A stretch of DNA of 60,104 bases, filler included, from Sluysia triapertura (taxonomy: Eukaryota): assembly GCA_046118255.1 (NCBI GenBank). It is 4 parts of 4 records of this genome, joined end to end, with 100 filler letters (N's around TTAATTAATTAA, not from the genome) between each part and the next. Parts side by side here need not be neighbours in the genome. Positions count along the whole stretch, not along the records: positions 36,379 to 48,490 come from JBJNIA010138392.1; positions 48,591 to 60,104 come from JBJNIA010183912.1; 2 more parts are not named here. One strand, 5' to 3'. Positions within the stretch are counted from its first letter, which is position 1, and every line of letters starts with the position of its first letter. Shown here one piece after another: positions 37,471 to 49,841 of the stretch. The notes under the pieces were generated by a model. The model was not told where the DNA came from. It did no database searches and saw only the letters and a program-made list of their open reading frames with translations. Made by a program: the position numbers and the translations under genes.

Positions 37471-38739
37471 CTTACATTTGGTGGGTGTTTTTCTTAATCT
37501 AAAAACCTAACATACAGCAAAATAATTAATTATTCAGACTCTGTTTACAGTATGCGACTTAATAATAGCGTATCTGTAAAATTACGTGAAAACACTTATC
37601 AAAATTAGTATTCCAAAAATATTCTTTGCCTTTACTTAACAATAATGGGCAAAATCGTCATTCATGTCAAATAACAATAAATAACTTAAAAACTAATTAA
37701 GATCAACGCTAGCTTAAGGAATATCTAAATTAATATAAAAATCAAGTGAATAATATTCGTATAAAAAGTGTCGTTTCATATATCTTCAAATCTTAATATA
37801 ATGACCGTTAGCACTTTTCAGTTTTTCTTTATTTGATAAACGATATTGGAATTAACGTTTTTACGAAAAATATATTGAAGTTTAAAACGTAACATAAATA
37901 TTAAGACAATTATAGTAAAAAAACAAGGCTTAAAAATTCTCTAATAATTTTATTGCACAAAACTAAGATAAAAATAACAATTATTATAAATTTATAAAAA
38001 TTCAATAAAAAACTATTGTCGAAAAACACAATAATAATTAAGCTATAATAAGGGTCTAGCCAAGAGACTCTACCCTACAATACTGATTTTATAATTGACT
38101 ACCCTACAATACTGATTTTAAGGGCCAACTTAAGATTTTAGGTGATGATTTCATATTTTATTTGATTATTTTAATATTATTATTTTTGATTATTATTTTG
38201 ATTATTATTATCATTTGATTTTTTTGTGGGACTACTCTTAAATTATATGGTGAGAGACTCCCTTTTTAATTTATTTTATAATATTAAATTCATTTTTAGG
38301 GATTTTAATATCATTTGGTGGGAGACTCCTTTTGCAATTTATTTTTTGTGTGTTTGTGTGTCACTCCTGGTTTCTTCATATAGACTGTCATATCCTTGAT
38401 ACTTTTATAAACGTTATTGCTAATCACGTTGTTTTTGTCATTTTATTGTTGTTTAGCAAAGACATATAACAGTAATTTTTGTTGTAATCATTAAATTATT
38501 GAATTGTTGTTTATTTTATTTTAAAAACTTTATCATCGAAATAAGGAAAATTGTGATTATTTTATATTGAATTTAGTGATTAAGTACTGAGATTATGTTA
38601 AATAGATTAACCGATATTAATATGCTATTATTATTAAGTGCAAAGACGCAACATTATTATTATTATTGAATAATTATATTATTTAATTATATAATTATAA
38701 ATTATATAATTATAAATTTTATTATTATTTTGAATAATA

Positions 38740-39700
38740 TTTCAAAGTTAAGTTAACGTTAAATTGATTTCATTTGATTTTATTTTATTTTAATTGATTT
38801 CTTGGGAGAATCCATGCCCGAGTTATATTGAGCAATTTTTTTAGCGTTTAATTATTTAATTGATTTAGATCTGGTTAAATTGATTTTAATTGAATTTAGG
38901 GAGACTCTGTCCAAATTACTTTCTAGATTTCCGGCTATCAAGTTAAAATACATTATAACAATAATATTATTATTCATTTGAATTTCATTAGATATTGGAA
39001 TTTTAATTTTGTTGTCTGTTGTGGTAGTAATAATGTCATAAATTTTATAACTTCGAAATTTAGTTATTTTTCATTTAGTTTACTTATATTATTGTTCAAG
39101 CAGAGAATTATAATTATATAATTGACTTCTTGTTATTGTTTTAAAATAAGAACTTAATTTTGAATAAATATTATTATCAAAATAAGAAAATTTGTGATAA
39201 GTTTTACTTGATCTGGTGAATTTTGAAATTTTAAGTAACGTAAATTAATATTGGATTATTGTTATTATTGATTTAAGATGCAACAATCCCACTTATTTGT
39301 GGTTAGTGAGTCTTGAGTTTTATTGTTTATTTGTTGTATTCTTGGTACTAACATTTATTTGTGTTGTGTAACCTGTGAGATGAAGTATTATAATTGAATT
39401 TTATTTTATTGAATAATTAATTACCTTAAAGGACTGAGTTATTGTGATAAGTATTATTTGATTTTTATTGTGATATATTGTGATATAATGAGATTGAGAC
39501 TCATTTAATTGTTTTTTATAATTTAAAGAATATTAATAAGATAAAAACACAACACTATCATCTCCACAATAACTACAGATCTTGTCATTAAATATCTTCC
39601 TTAGTATTTTTTATCCGTAATTTATCTGATCTAGATTCGGGACAATCTTCTGAAAACTTTTTTCTCTGTGGTTGACCTTAAGTCCTTTTTATTCCAACAT
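38740..39700 (-). mobile_element. Degenerate retroelement relic (family B)
   Basis: Homologous to 12090-12430. The minus strand near 39550-39580 reads ICSYCGDDSVVF, resembling an RT YxDD motif. Confidence 0.4.
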
Positions 39701-40767
39701 TGTTAATAGAATTATTTTAAGCAACATTTTATTTAGAGAATTTACCACGTCTGGGATATTCGCGTTCGATACTTCATTAATGTTAAATATGTTGGTAGTC
39801 ATATTAAGCAACTCATTTCACTTAATTATTTCTTTTTTATCTTTGAATATTTCTCCATCCTTCTTGGTCATATATCCAAATTCTAAGCTTCTTATCTAAG
39901 AAATTTATAACATCACCTGTTTTTTCTTTAGTTAGTAATGTAGACATATTGAATTGAAAAATAATTTTAGCTATTATAATTTTAAGTCTTCGATGATTTC
40001 TTCCAGTATTGATTTGTTTTGAAATTATTAACTTATATTGTCCATTATCAATATAGTACGCTTTAATATAGTATGCTTTAATTATTTTAAATAGTGAAGT
40101 CCTTTAATCTTTTAACTGAGTTAATAAATACTTATAATTATCAAAATTAAGGAACGTAATTTTTTATATGTTACTTTTGTTAAATCAATGGTATTACTAC
40201 ATGTCGAATTTGAAACTGTTATATCATTACATTTGTTTCTTCTGTGTCTTTGTGATTTTTTTAAAGTATTGATTTCCTTATCTTCGGTTACCATATGTTG
40301 GTTTCTATTTAAATCCATTAACTTCATTAAAATCATCATCATCATTATATTATTATTAATCCCATTGTTACTTTTATCATATTTATTCTTATTCATAGAT
40401 TTCTTTCTTCCAAAAATTCCTTTAAAAGTGAACATAGAGTATTATTTAAGTCAGTTTCTTACGGGCCTTTTAATTTGGATTTGATAATTTTTTTATTAGA
40501 TACATTAAATATGTGGATAGCATTGAATAAGTAAAGAAGGTGTTTAAAATTTAATATTACGAAAATTAATGAAATAATGAAATGATTATGGTCCTTGAAA
40601 AAATACTTATGGTCCTTGATGAAATAAATACTAAACTTATACTAGACTTAAAGTCGACAAAAACATGGAATAAGTTCTTTGTAAGAATTATGGCTGCTCA
40701 AATCAGAAGACAACAAATATGATAAGTGTTTATTAACAATAAAATTATGTCTAACATTAAAATAATC

Positions 40768-40866
40768 TGTTGGGAATCAGGCCTAAAGTGTGTAGTGTAG
40801 TTGAGTATAGTAGGTAGAGTATCGAACTACGCAGCGATAGGGCCGGGTTTATTTCCCGGCTAATCC
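40768..40866 (+). mobile_element. tRNA-like-cassette repeat, diverged copy
   Basis: TGTTGGGAATCAGGCCTAAAGTG...GGTAGAGTATCGAACTACGCAGCGATAGGGCCGGGTTTATTTCCCGGCTAATCC. Confidence 0.65.
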
Positions 40867-42016
40867 TTTTTGTGAAGTCTAACAAATTCAAAATAAAAAC
40901 CGACACTACCTCTAATCGCCTTGACTCTAAAACATTGATTTTTCAAATATTTTAAACATAATGACTAAATCTTTAGTGACATTATCTTTAAGAACATAAT
41001 TAAAGCCTAAAGTTATAAAAATTTTTATATTTTTTAAAATCATTACAATGTAAAATATTGTTCAAAATTGCTAGTTTTTAAAATACTCCAACAAAATGAC
41101 TAGATAGTTTAATTTAAAACGTTAATTTAAAACACAAACAAAATAAATAAAATACTTATTTTAAAATCTTTAACTTTTAAAATAGTTTTTAACAAAAAGA
41201 CCGAATCGTTCGCTTCAAAATTTTCAACATTCAAAATACCATCGGAACAAACTTCTGCTATAATTCATCATTTTTAAAATTACTATATCATCCGTCTCTA
41301 CATTTTCGTCTTTTATTAATGACGATAAACTGATGTAGATAGGTCTTCGCGATTTCCTAGATTGCTGTCATTTACATCTTCGTAATCGTATCCAGAAGTA
41401 GAAGAACTAGATCCAATTTGTTGATTACATCAATTAAAAAGCATGTTGGATCAGTGTCACCATTACCGACCGCCATTGTAAAGTACGTCGTTTATTACAT
41501 TCTGTATAAATCGAAGTACATAAAGTTGAATAATATTATATTTAAAATATTTAAAACTAATTCTTAAATTATTCCGATATTTAGAGAATTCTAAATATAA
41601 AAACACTTCCGATTTGCGAGCATATTGGTGCTTTTTTGTAAGGTACATTAAAAATAATCTACTTTAATGCTTTAGTTTAGAAACCTATTAACTATATAAA
41701 CGGAATATTTAGTTTTGCACAATCTTAAAGTCGAAAAGTCCTTATTTTTGAACTTCTTTAATAGTATTAAAAGAATATTATCCAATATTAGTTCACATGA
41801 TGAAGACAAAAGTTCAGACCTAAATAAAACTTAGCATGCATATTACTTTAAATTTAATTTACATCAGGTCTCACAAGAACAACAAAAGCAGATCATTTTC
41901 TATTCTGTTATTATATCTTCGAAAATTTTGTGCTTTGATTTATAATATTGAGAATGTAGGAAATTTATTATCTTAATTTTTATATCGAATAACAACTACA
42001 TTGTTATTTCAGTATA

Positions 42017-42154
42017 GGCCCGGAATTAATAGAACCCAGGACCTCTAGCTGCGCAGTTCGATGCTCTACTACTGAGCTATCAGCCCCGTCTAACGATTTT
42101 ATTTTATTATAGTCAATTTTACCAAATGGCACTTCAGGCCATTTTACCCCAACA
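42017..42154 (-). mobile_element. tRNA-like-cassette repeat, copy
   Basis: Minus strand: TGTTGGGGTAAAATGGCCTGAAGTGCC...ATCGTTAGACGGGGCTGATAGCTCAGTAGTAGAGCATCGAACTGCGCAGCTAGAGGTCCTGGGTTC. Confidence 0.75.
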
Positions 42155-42264
42155 TATCTCACCCAATTCAATTATGTTTGTCCTTAAACATCATATATAT
42201 TATTAATTCCAATATCAGAAGGGTATTCTATATGTAGGCTCACCAAATGTTAGATTTCATAAAA

Positions 42265-42428
42265 TGGACTGACCGGGGATCAAACCCTGGACCATCGCTT
42301 CGCAGTTCGAATGCTCTACCCCGTCTAACGATTTTATTTTATTATAGTCAATTTTACATATATATATAAAATTGACTATAATAAAATAAAATCCTTAGAC
42401 TGGGTAGAGCATTCGAACTGCGAAGCGA
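42265..42428. repeat. Foldback palindrome built from two head-to-head tRNA-like-cassette copies
   Basis: 42295-42355 is the near-perfect reverse complement of 42368-42428 around a (TA)n centre. Confidence 0.9.
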
Positions 42429-42571
42429 AGGTATTATGTATTATATGTATTATATTGTAATAAAACGAAAGTCACTCGTGGCATTATTCGAAAAATTGTA
42501 AATTAAGATTAAAAAAATAACTACACTAAACGATATATTGAACAATCATTTATCTTTAAATATAAATCGTT

Positions 42572-43079
42572 TTACCACCACGGATAGGAAATAACCAATA
42601 GCAACAAAGTAAGCCCAAGTAAAACAACTCCATATCCCTCTTCATACAATCCATCCTTACCTTCGTAATATTGCTTCCATGGATATAACAATTCATCGGT
42701 ACAAATATCATATTGACAAACCACTGATTCCACATTCGATGTTGATTGTTTTTGAAATTCAGTGTTGTTAGGAAAATTTGATTCAGTAATTTGAGTAAAA
42801 TAAACCATCATTGTCAAAATAATATTAGTATTATCACCATTAAAAGATTGAGATATATTATTATAAATATACCTAAAAGGTAACATATAAGTAAAATATA
42901 TTTACTTTCGATGAACTCCACGAATATTAAGAATGTAATCATTACGTACCCGACCTTGTCGTGAATAAAATATATTAACAACCATACCAGTTATTACATT
43001 GACACATAAACCAGTTATATTATTAATCGGTGCATTTGTTACGTTCATGATAAAAGTTTTGTTGCTTTCTAATATTACT
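42572..43079 (-). CDS. TCTN2: Tectonic-2-like protein (ciliary transition zone), last two exons
   Basis: Exon 43079-42906, 33-bp intron 42905-42873, exon 42872-42572, in frame. C-terminus CQYDICTDELLYPWKQYYEG...VVLLGLTLLLLVISYPWW* resembles vertebrate TCTN2 [21 protein letters not shown]...LLLLLFLTLALFLSNPW. Confidence 0.85.
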
Positions 43080-44962
43080 CTGAAATAAAATAGTCAATGT
43101 ATAATCAATTCGTTTAATTTATTGTATAAATAAAAATTATAGTTCGCTTTAGAGTTAGGAAATATTTTGTTTTGAAAATTCAAAGACAATGTATTAATAA
43201 TATCTGTTTGTTTAATTTATTTTATTCAGTATAAAATGTAAGATTTTAAACGAAAAAACATATATATATATATATATATATATAAGTTCAATGACTTTTA
43301 AGGTCATAAACTAAAAATCAAAACGTGATTAAGAGAGCACTATAGCCAGTACAAAAAGTTACATCTTGACAGTAACATTTTTAGTAAAAGTAAAATTTTT
43401 TCTAAATAAATTCTAAAAAATATTAAAATATCGATTTTAACAATTAAAACATTCATTTCCAGTAACGAAAATTCAAAATTTAAATATATAAATCAAAGCA
43501 TATTTTAGTCAATTAATACAACAGTTGATATCGTTCTCAAAATTTTTGGATTATCAAATATCGTTAAGATTATGTTAGTTACATGGTTCTGGTGAAAAGC
43601 AATTCTTAAACTCCTTAACATTTTTGCAAAATTATTTTCACTATTTATTTTAACTAGTGAACTCAGATCAACTAATAACAATATAAGCAAGCACTAATCA
43701 ACACATCTTACTTAAACAAATTACTCAATACATACTAAACATCGTTGCAATATTTCGTTTGTTGTTCTTTTTCTTGTATGTTTCTTTATCTTTATACATA
43801 TTTTTATTGTTCCTCATATTTTATCACTATTATCAGTGTTTTTATTTCTGATATTTCTACTTATACATGTTTCATTATATCGTTCAAAAGATAAATCATT
43901 CATTAAAACACTTCTGAAAGAATGTACTTTTTAATACAATAGTATAAAATTTTTAAACAATAAAATTTATAAATCATTTTAAATCACTTAAAATAAATTA
44001 TTCACTATGACATTTCTGAAACACCAAATAATAAGTTAAATAATTTTAAAGAAATGAATAAATGCCTTTTTTGATAATTTTAATGAATTATACAAAATAT
44101 AAAATCATTAAAAAATCAATAATTATTAGTGAGTCTTGAGAAGTACCAAGACTCCAAACAAATTTCAAAATTGAAAAAGATTTTATCATTAATTGCCAAG
44201 CATTTGCTGATTTATTGATACTAAAAATGATCTCCTTTGTTGTATACTCTATAGCAAACGACATGATATCTATATTAAAAAATGATGTCGCAGCTCTGTT
44301 TAGTCAATTTAAGGTATTCTATTATGTCGATCCTTATTTGAAAATTTATTCACTAACAATCTAAATGGTAACTCATCCAACAAATGTACTCGAGAATTTT
44401 CATATTACTATTGATATCAAGAAAGCGTTATTGCTCAATACATCCGTTTTACCATTCCAGATTTTTCTTATAATACAAAGTATGTAATCTACGCAGAAAC
44501 CAATGCATGCACTGATTTGGAACTTGAAAAACACATTGAAAGAAAAGTTATTGAATATGTTAAATATTACAAAATAGAAATACAAATTGTACCAACACAT
44601 TGGTTTCCAGAAAATTTTTTAATAGTAGAGCTTAATAATAAAATAGAGATATTTACAAACAAAAATTTACAAAACAGAAAAATTTATTCAGAAAAATTTA
44701 AGTTATTCAGAAAATAGTATTATTTATGAATTACATGTTCGAATATGTTCATGTTCTGATGAATCATATTGCTTCGGCAATCAGCGACGTCTCCAGCAAC
44801 ACAGCATATAAGTTCCGATATATACTCCTAGCGATCCTCATGTGTCATGAACACCCTAGTTACCAATTCTTCGATACTACCTAACGCATCTATACAAAAG
44901 CTCAAAAATTCAAACAACTCCAAATAAAACATAGTCATATCGTGTCATCTAACTGACATCAT

Positions 44963-45600
44963 TTACCGTAAAAAAGTTTGTTTCGTTAAAATACTAGTTT
45001 TTTCTTTCAAAGTTTCAAAAGCATATACTCTTGTAGTCTTTAATTCACGTGAATCTAAATTTAAAATTTCAACTAGTCTTAGTGTTTCCTTTTTTACAGG
45101 CAGTACTGCTATTGACAAATGATTCTTATTATAATTAATTAAATTAATGTTACACGATGTGCTTCTAGTGTCGGACGTGTGGTTACACGTTTCGCAATGG
45201 TTGTCAAACGTGCAACGAACTTTACACATTTTGCTTTATAACTCTTTGTCTGAAACTTTTGAAAAAAGAAACATGGAAATTCAGTAAGTAATGCACTTTT
45301 AGAACGTTCATTATATTTTAAACTATCATGCTGTTTTAAATTATCTTGCAAATTAAACAACTTGCTGCATTTAGCTTGATTATTTAACGTACAACAAATA
45401 TAATCAACAATTTTGCAAAACACTCCTCTATCTGGTTGAGAACAATTTTCAAAATTATTTTCAAAAATATTTTGAATTCATCTAGAATCCTCCACGGATT
45501 TCATTCTGAGAAATGTTTCATCTCTAACGACGTCGTAATCTATTCTAAATCTATTTAAAGCTTTCATGTGGAAATACACCATATGAGCAGTAATATGGAT
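44963..45600 (-). pseudogene. Disrupted ORF of unknown family
   Basis: About 210 codons readable with one in-frame TGA (~45480) and one frameshift (~45230); no family recognised. Confidence 0.35.
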
Positions 45601-46954
45601 ATGTTTATTTTTAGAAAATTCAAAATATCATAATAAAGTACATAAGGAATTATATTACTAAAATGTGTAATAATAAAAAGAAAAAGAAAAATAATAAAAG
45701 AAAATTAATAAAAAAATTATAATTTCAATAAACCGAAATAATGACGCATTAAAACAAATTTTTAATTAGTTCATAATTTTTGATTAAAATATATATAATT
45801 TTTAATTAATATGTAATTTTTAAATAAACAAAATTTTTAATAAAAAGTTAATTTTTACCAAAAACAATTCTTTTATTACACATAATTTGGGGTCCTGATG
45901 ATCCAATACTTAGAATTGTGCTAAAAGTTTGGTACATAAGTAAAAATAAAAAAGGATAACTGAGATAATGGCGATCACTAGGACTCGTGCAACAAAAAGC
46001 ATAATATTAGCACATTTGGTTATTATAATTGGATCAAGTTAATTTGATCTTATTATAAGATTTTGCGGTTTGAAGTTTTATAATTCATGAATTGTGTTGA
46101 GTACAATGAATTAATAATATGTGACGTTTATTTGATATAATATAATTGCTGGTAAATTAAATAAAATTAAATAAAATATTAAAGATTAATTTGCGAAATA
46201 AAATTTAAAAATTTTTTGTTTATTCAATTCAATCGTCCAAATTCAATTAAAATCAGTATAAATATATAATTAATCACACATAAATAATCATTGCTTTTTG
46301 AGTAATAATTTGGCAGAACATAATTTTTTGGTCTCTTGACGGTAGTTTGGATCAAATCAACTCTTAATTATTTCGTTAGTTTGTTTTCAGTACTTTTAGG
46401 AGTACTTAAACAAAATCTAGGTAAAATACTTGTAAATTTTTTGGAACTATTTCAGGGTTCTTTTGTAAAATATTATTTTAAAATTGTTTATTTTATTTTA
46501 TTAACTCAAATTCAGTTAATAGTGGAAATTATTTATATTTCTTGTTATACAGTTTATTTTTATTAATCATTTGCCAATTGATTTTTAAGTTTGTAAAATA
46601 CTTTCTTGTATTTAATATACATATTAACACCTAATTTGTTTTTATTTCGAGTTTATCATTGATTCATTTTAACGAATCAAGAGTAAATTAAATAGTCTTA
46701 AAATATTAAAATACGTCTTTATACACAATTTTTCCGAAATTTATTCGGAATCGTAAAATTGAATTAATTGTAAATCCTGTTTAGTAGGAGTTATCGCAAA
46801 ATCATAAAAATTTTTATTAATTGATATTTAATTTGAGAAAACCTACTTAATCATATCTCTAGCAATTTAATTATAGAATAAACCAAGACGTATAATCAAA
46901 AATATATAGTGTTAGAATTATAATTTAACATTCACATTATATTTCTGTTAAAAT

Positions 46955-47001
46955 CCAACGGCTAGCCCTAACTGGTAAGACTAGTACGTAGGTGAACTCA
47001 C
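46955..47001 (-). repeat. Conserved hairpin family, copy 4
   Basis: Minus strand reads GTGAGT-TCA-CCTACGT-A-CTAG-TCTT-ACCAGTT-AGGG-CTAG-CCGTTGG. Confidence 0.7.
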
Positions 47002-47342
47002 TTTAATCATTCTTTTATTCTTCAGCTAAGAAAAAAGCTAGCAAAACTTATCATTTAAAACTTCACCACACATAAATATATAGATCACATTAACTTTCAA
47101 AATATTAAACAAATATGCAGTTTCATAAAGACCTAAGCACACCAATATAAAAAAACCGCTAAAAATTTAAAATTAAACCCAGTTTAATAACAACGAAATT
47201 TCTATAAAAACACTTAATTCTTCTATCATATTTTTTTCTTTCAACTTGCATGTTAACTTTTTAACACTTTCTTCAACAGGAACTTCATCTATAACTTCTG
47301 TTTTGAGCGTTTGATCGTATTAACAAAATACTGCATCTAAAA

Positions 47343-48120
47343 ATGTCAAATAATTGGGATATATTTTATGACTATGATTTTGAAGATGCTTCTGAATCAA
47401 ACACCAATATTCAAAGAAAACCTGTATCCACAAAAAAATATTAAACTTAATCGTTTACATAATCCACATTGAAATCCATACATTCCTTCATTCGCTCCAA
47501 ACCGGCAACGAAATAATAATCGTAAAATTGTACCACAAATTACAATAACTCAAAGAATCTTATCGGCTCGTCAGCACAAAATCGACAGTCAATTCAACAC
47601 AATAAAAAATTTACGAAACCAAATTGAAGTGTTAGAAAAATAAAAGTAAAACTGTGAAACACGAAACCTTTCTTCAAGGAAAAGCACTTTATGAATTATA
47701 AAATTATATTACAAATTGTAGAAAGTCATTAAACAGAAGTAGAAAATTTGCTTTTTCAATTACGTCATACCAAAGAATAATTGGTTAATGAAGAAAAATG
47801 ATCTAAAGTAATGCACATGAAAGCGCAACGTTTAAAAACTTGTTAAAATAAATCTTCTTTATAAATGTCAAAGTCTTAGCCGAAAGAAAAGTAGTGCGAA
47901 GTCAGTGAATAACACATTGAAAAAATTACTAGAAAGTAAATATTCAGTTATAACATTACTTTCAATATTAACATCAAAAGCATTGTCAACAGTTCCTAAA
48001 TCAATCATTCAAAGTAACGCACAGCAACAGTAACATCAATTAATCAAGAATATTCCATTCATGCTATTCAATTACACAAACAGCAAAGCATCACTATATT
48101 CAAATATGATTAGTTTTCAT
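47343..48120 (+). pseudogene. LCA5: Lebercilin (LCA5)-like pseudogene
   Basis: TQRILSARQHKIDSQFNTIKNLRNQIEVLEK*...TVKHETFLQGKAL...SH*TEVENLLFQLRHTKE*...LAER resembles the lebercilin coiled coil (TKRILSARLLKINELQNEV...SLKRLQYRQEKAL...RHNNEITALKERLRKSQE...LPER). Multiple stops and frameshifts; no introns evident. Confidence 0.75.
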
Positions 48121-48148
48121 AAGATCATAAATTATTCAATTTTGCATT

Positions 48149-48150
<2 letters not shown>

Positions 48151-48202
<52 letters not shown>
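48151..48202. repeat. (AAT)n microsatellite
   Basis: About 17 contiguous AAT units. Confidence 0.95.
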
Positions 48203-48206
<4 letters not shown>

Positions 48207-48490
48207 TAATGTAACATATTTTAATTTTTAAACAATATATATTTTAATTTTTAAACAGTATATTTTAAATTTTAATTTTTAAATGTTTAATATTTTAATT
48301 TTTAATAATTTTAATATTTTAAATTATTAATCAATTTTAATTTTATATTTAAATTTTAATAATTTTCCAAATTTTAAATTTTAATATTATTTTAATTGCA
48401 TAATATTTAATATATTTTTAACTAGAAGGCAATGAATATTATTGTTGTTATTATTATTGTTGATTGTTGTTATTGTTATTATTGTTGATG

Positions 48491-48590
48491 NNNNNNNNNN
48501 NNNNNNNNNNNNNNNNNNNNNNNNNNNNNNNNNNTTAATTAATTAANNNNNNNNNNNNNNNNNNNNNNNNNNNNNNNNNNNNNNNNNNNN
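48491..48590. other. Assembly gap/linker
   Basis: N44-TTAATTAATTAA-N44. Confidence 0.98.
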
Positions 48591-49841
48591 AATTAATGCT
48601 CATTAGAGATCGTACTTATTGAAATTGACGTGTGACGTACATTTAACGAGCTGCGCATTGTATCAAAAGTTATTATTTAAAAAAAGTTTTATATTTGATT
48701 GGATTTAATTTAAGTATTGTTATAGCCATTATGTTAAATTTCAATTTTATTATTTCGAAAAGATAAGAATTAATTGCTAGATATTACTAAGCCTAAATTC
48801 GACAGAAATTAATGTTCAAATTTAATTATTAAAATCGAATCTGAGAAATAAACATGTGTTGTCGAAATGCAAAATAATTAGGTTGATTTTCCGCTTTCCT
48901 AACAATTATCTAAACACTATATAAAGAACCACCTTTTGCTTTCATTTAAGGCAAAAAATCATTGCATTAATTATTGTTTTTGCTGTAAGAAGGCTGATTC
49001 AATACAATAGTGGCAAATACTGATGAATCTTAAAATTATTTAGTAAGCGCACTAAAATTTATTTTTAACCTGTTTATTTGCAGTTAGTTGTGCCTTACGT
49101 TTTTATTGCCATTTATATGCTGTGTAATTGATTTATAATTTTACTGAATTAATTTGAGATTGACTTATAGTGAATTATAATTAACTGTCATAAAAAGACT
49201 TATTATAAAAGGATTTGATTTATACTTTACATACTTTATAATACAATTAGAATATATTGAGATTCAGACTCATTTACTTGTGTTATATAAAATTGATATT
49301 AAATATTCGAACACGTATTTCTGCATTCTTGATTTTCAACCTACAAAATGAGAAAATGTTCATAAAATAAGAATCTAATTATTTATATCTCAGTTTTTTA
49401 GCACATTGATTTTATAAATAATTCGTAAATGTTTTTATAAGTGTGGAAACACTATTGATTTATACAGTGCTTAATCGATAGTTTATTCACATATTACATA
49501 TTTTTCTAAAAAATAATGTTAAATCCAAATTGTTTAAATAAACAATTAACACAAGATTTTTTACGGAACACTTGTCACCTTGTTCTAAGCACCTGTAATA
49601 ACAACTGAATTATTGATGTTTCCTTAGCTCTTACTATTGATATATAAGATTCAGGTTGATTATGGTGTTCTAAAATTTAGAAAAAAGAGCATATTGTGCA
49701 TCTTAAAACGGTATGCAACAAGGAAAAATTAATTATTTATCAGAAAAAGAAAAGTTAATAGAATTTAAAAAGAATTTAATTTTAATAGAAAGCTCAATAA
49801 AAAGATTATTAAAAGGGTCGAATGGATTTTTTTTAATTTAC

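Noticed and set aside
40121-40484. Overlapping 104-aa and 98-aa ORFs on opposite strands
   Set aside because: Low-complexity AT-rich sequence next to a retroelement relic; no motifs or splice support.
41240-41520. Exon with a GYDYEDV tyrosine motif as a receptor cytoplasmic tail
   Set aside because: No convincing acceptor puts it in frame, and adjacent frames are interrupted.
49575-49669. Next cadherin exon
   Set aside because: There is a phase-compatible open frame after an AG, but it shows no similarity to the expected paralogous exon (56123-56005).
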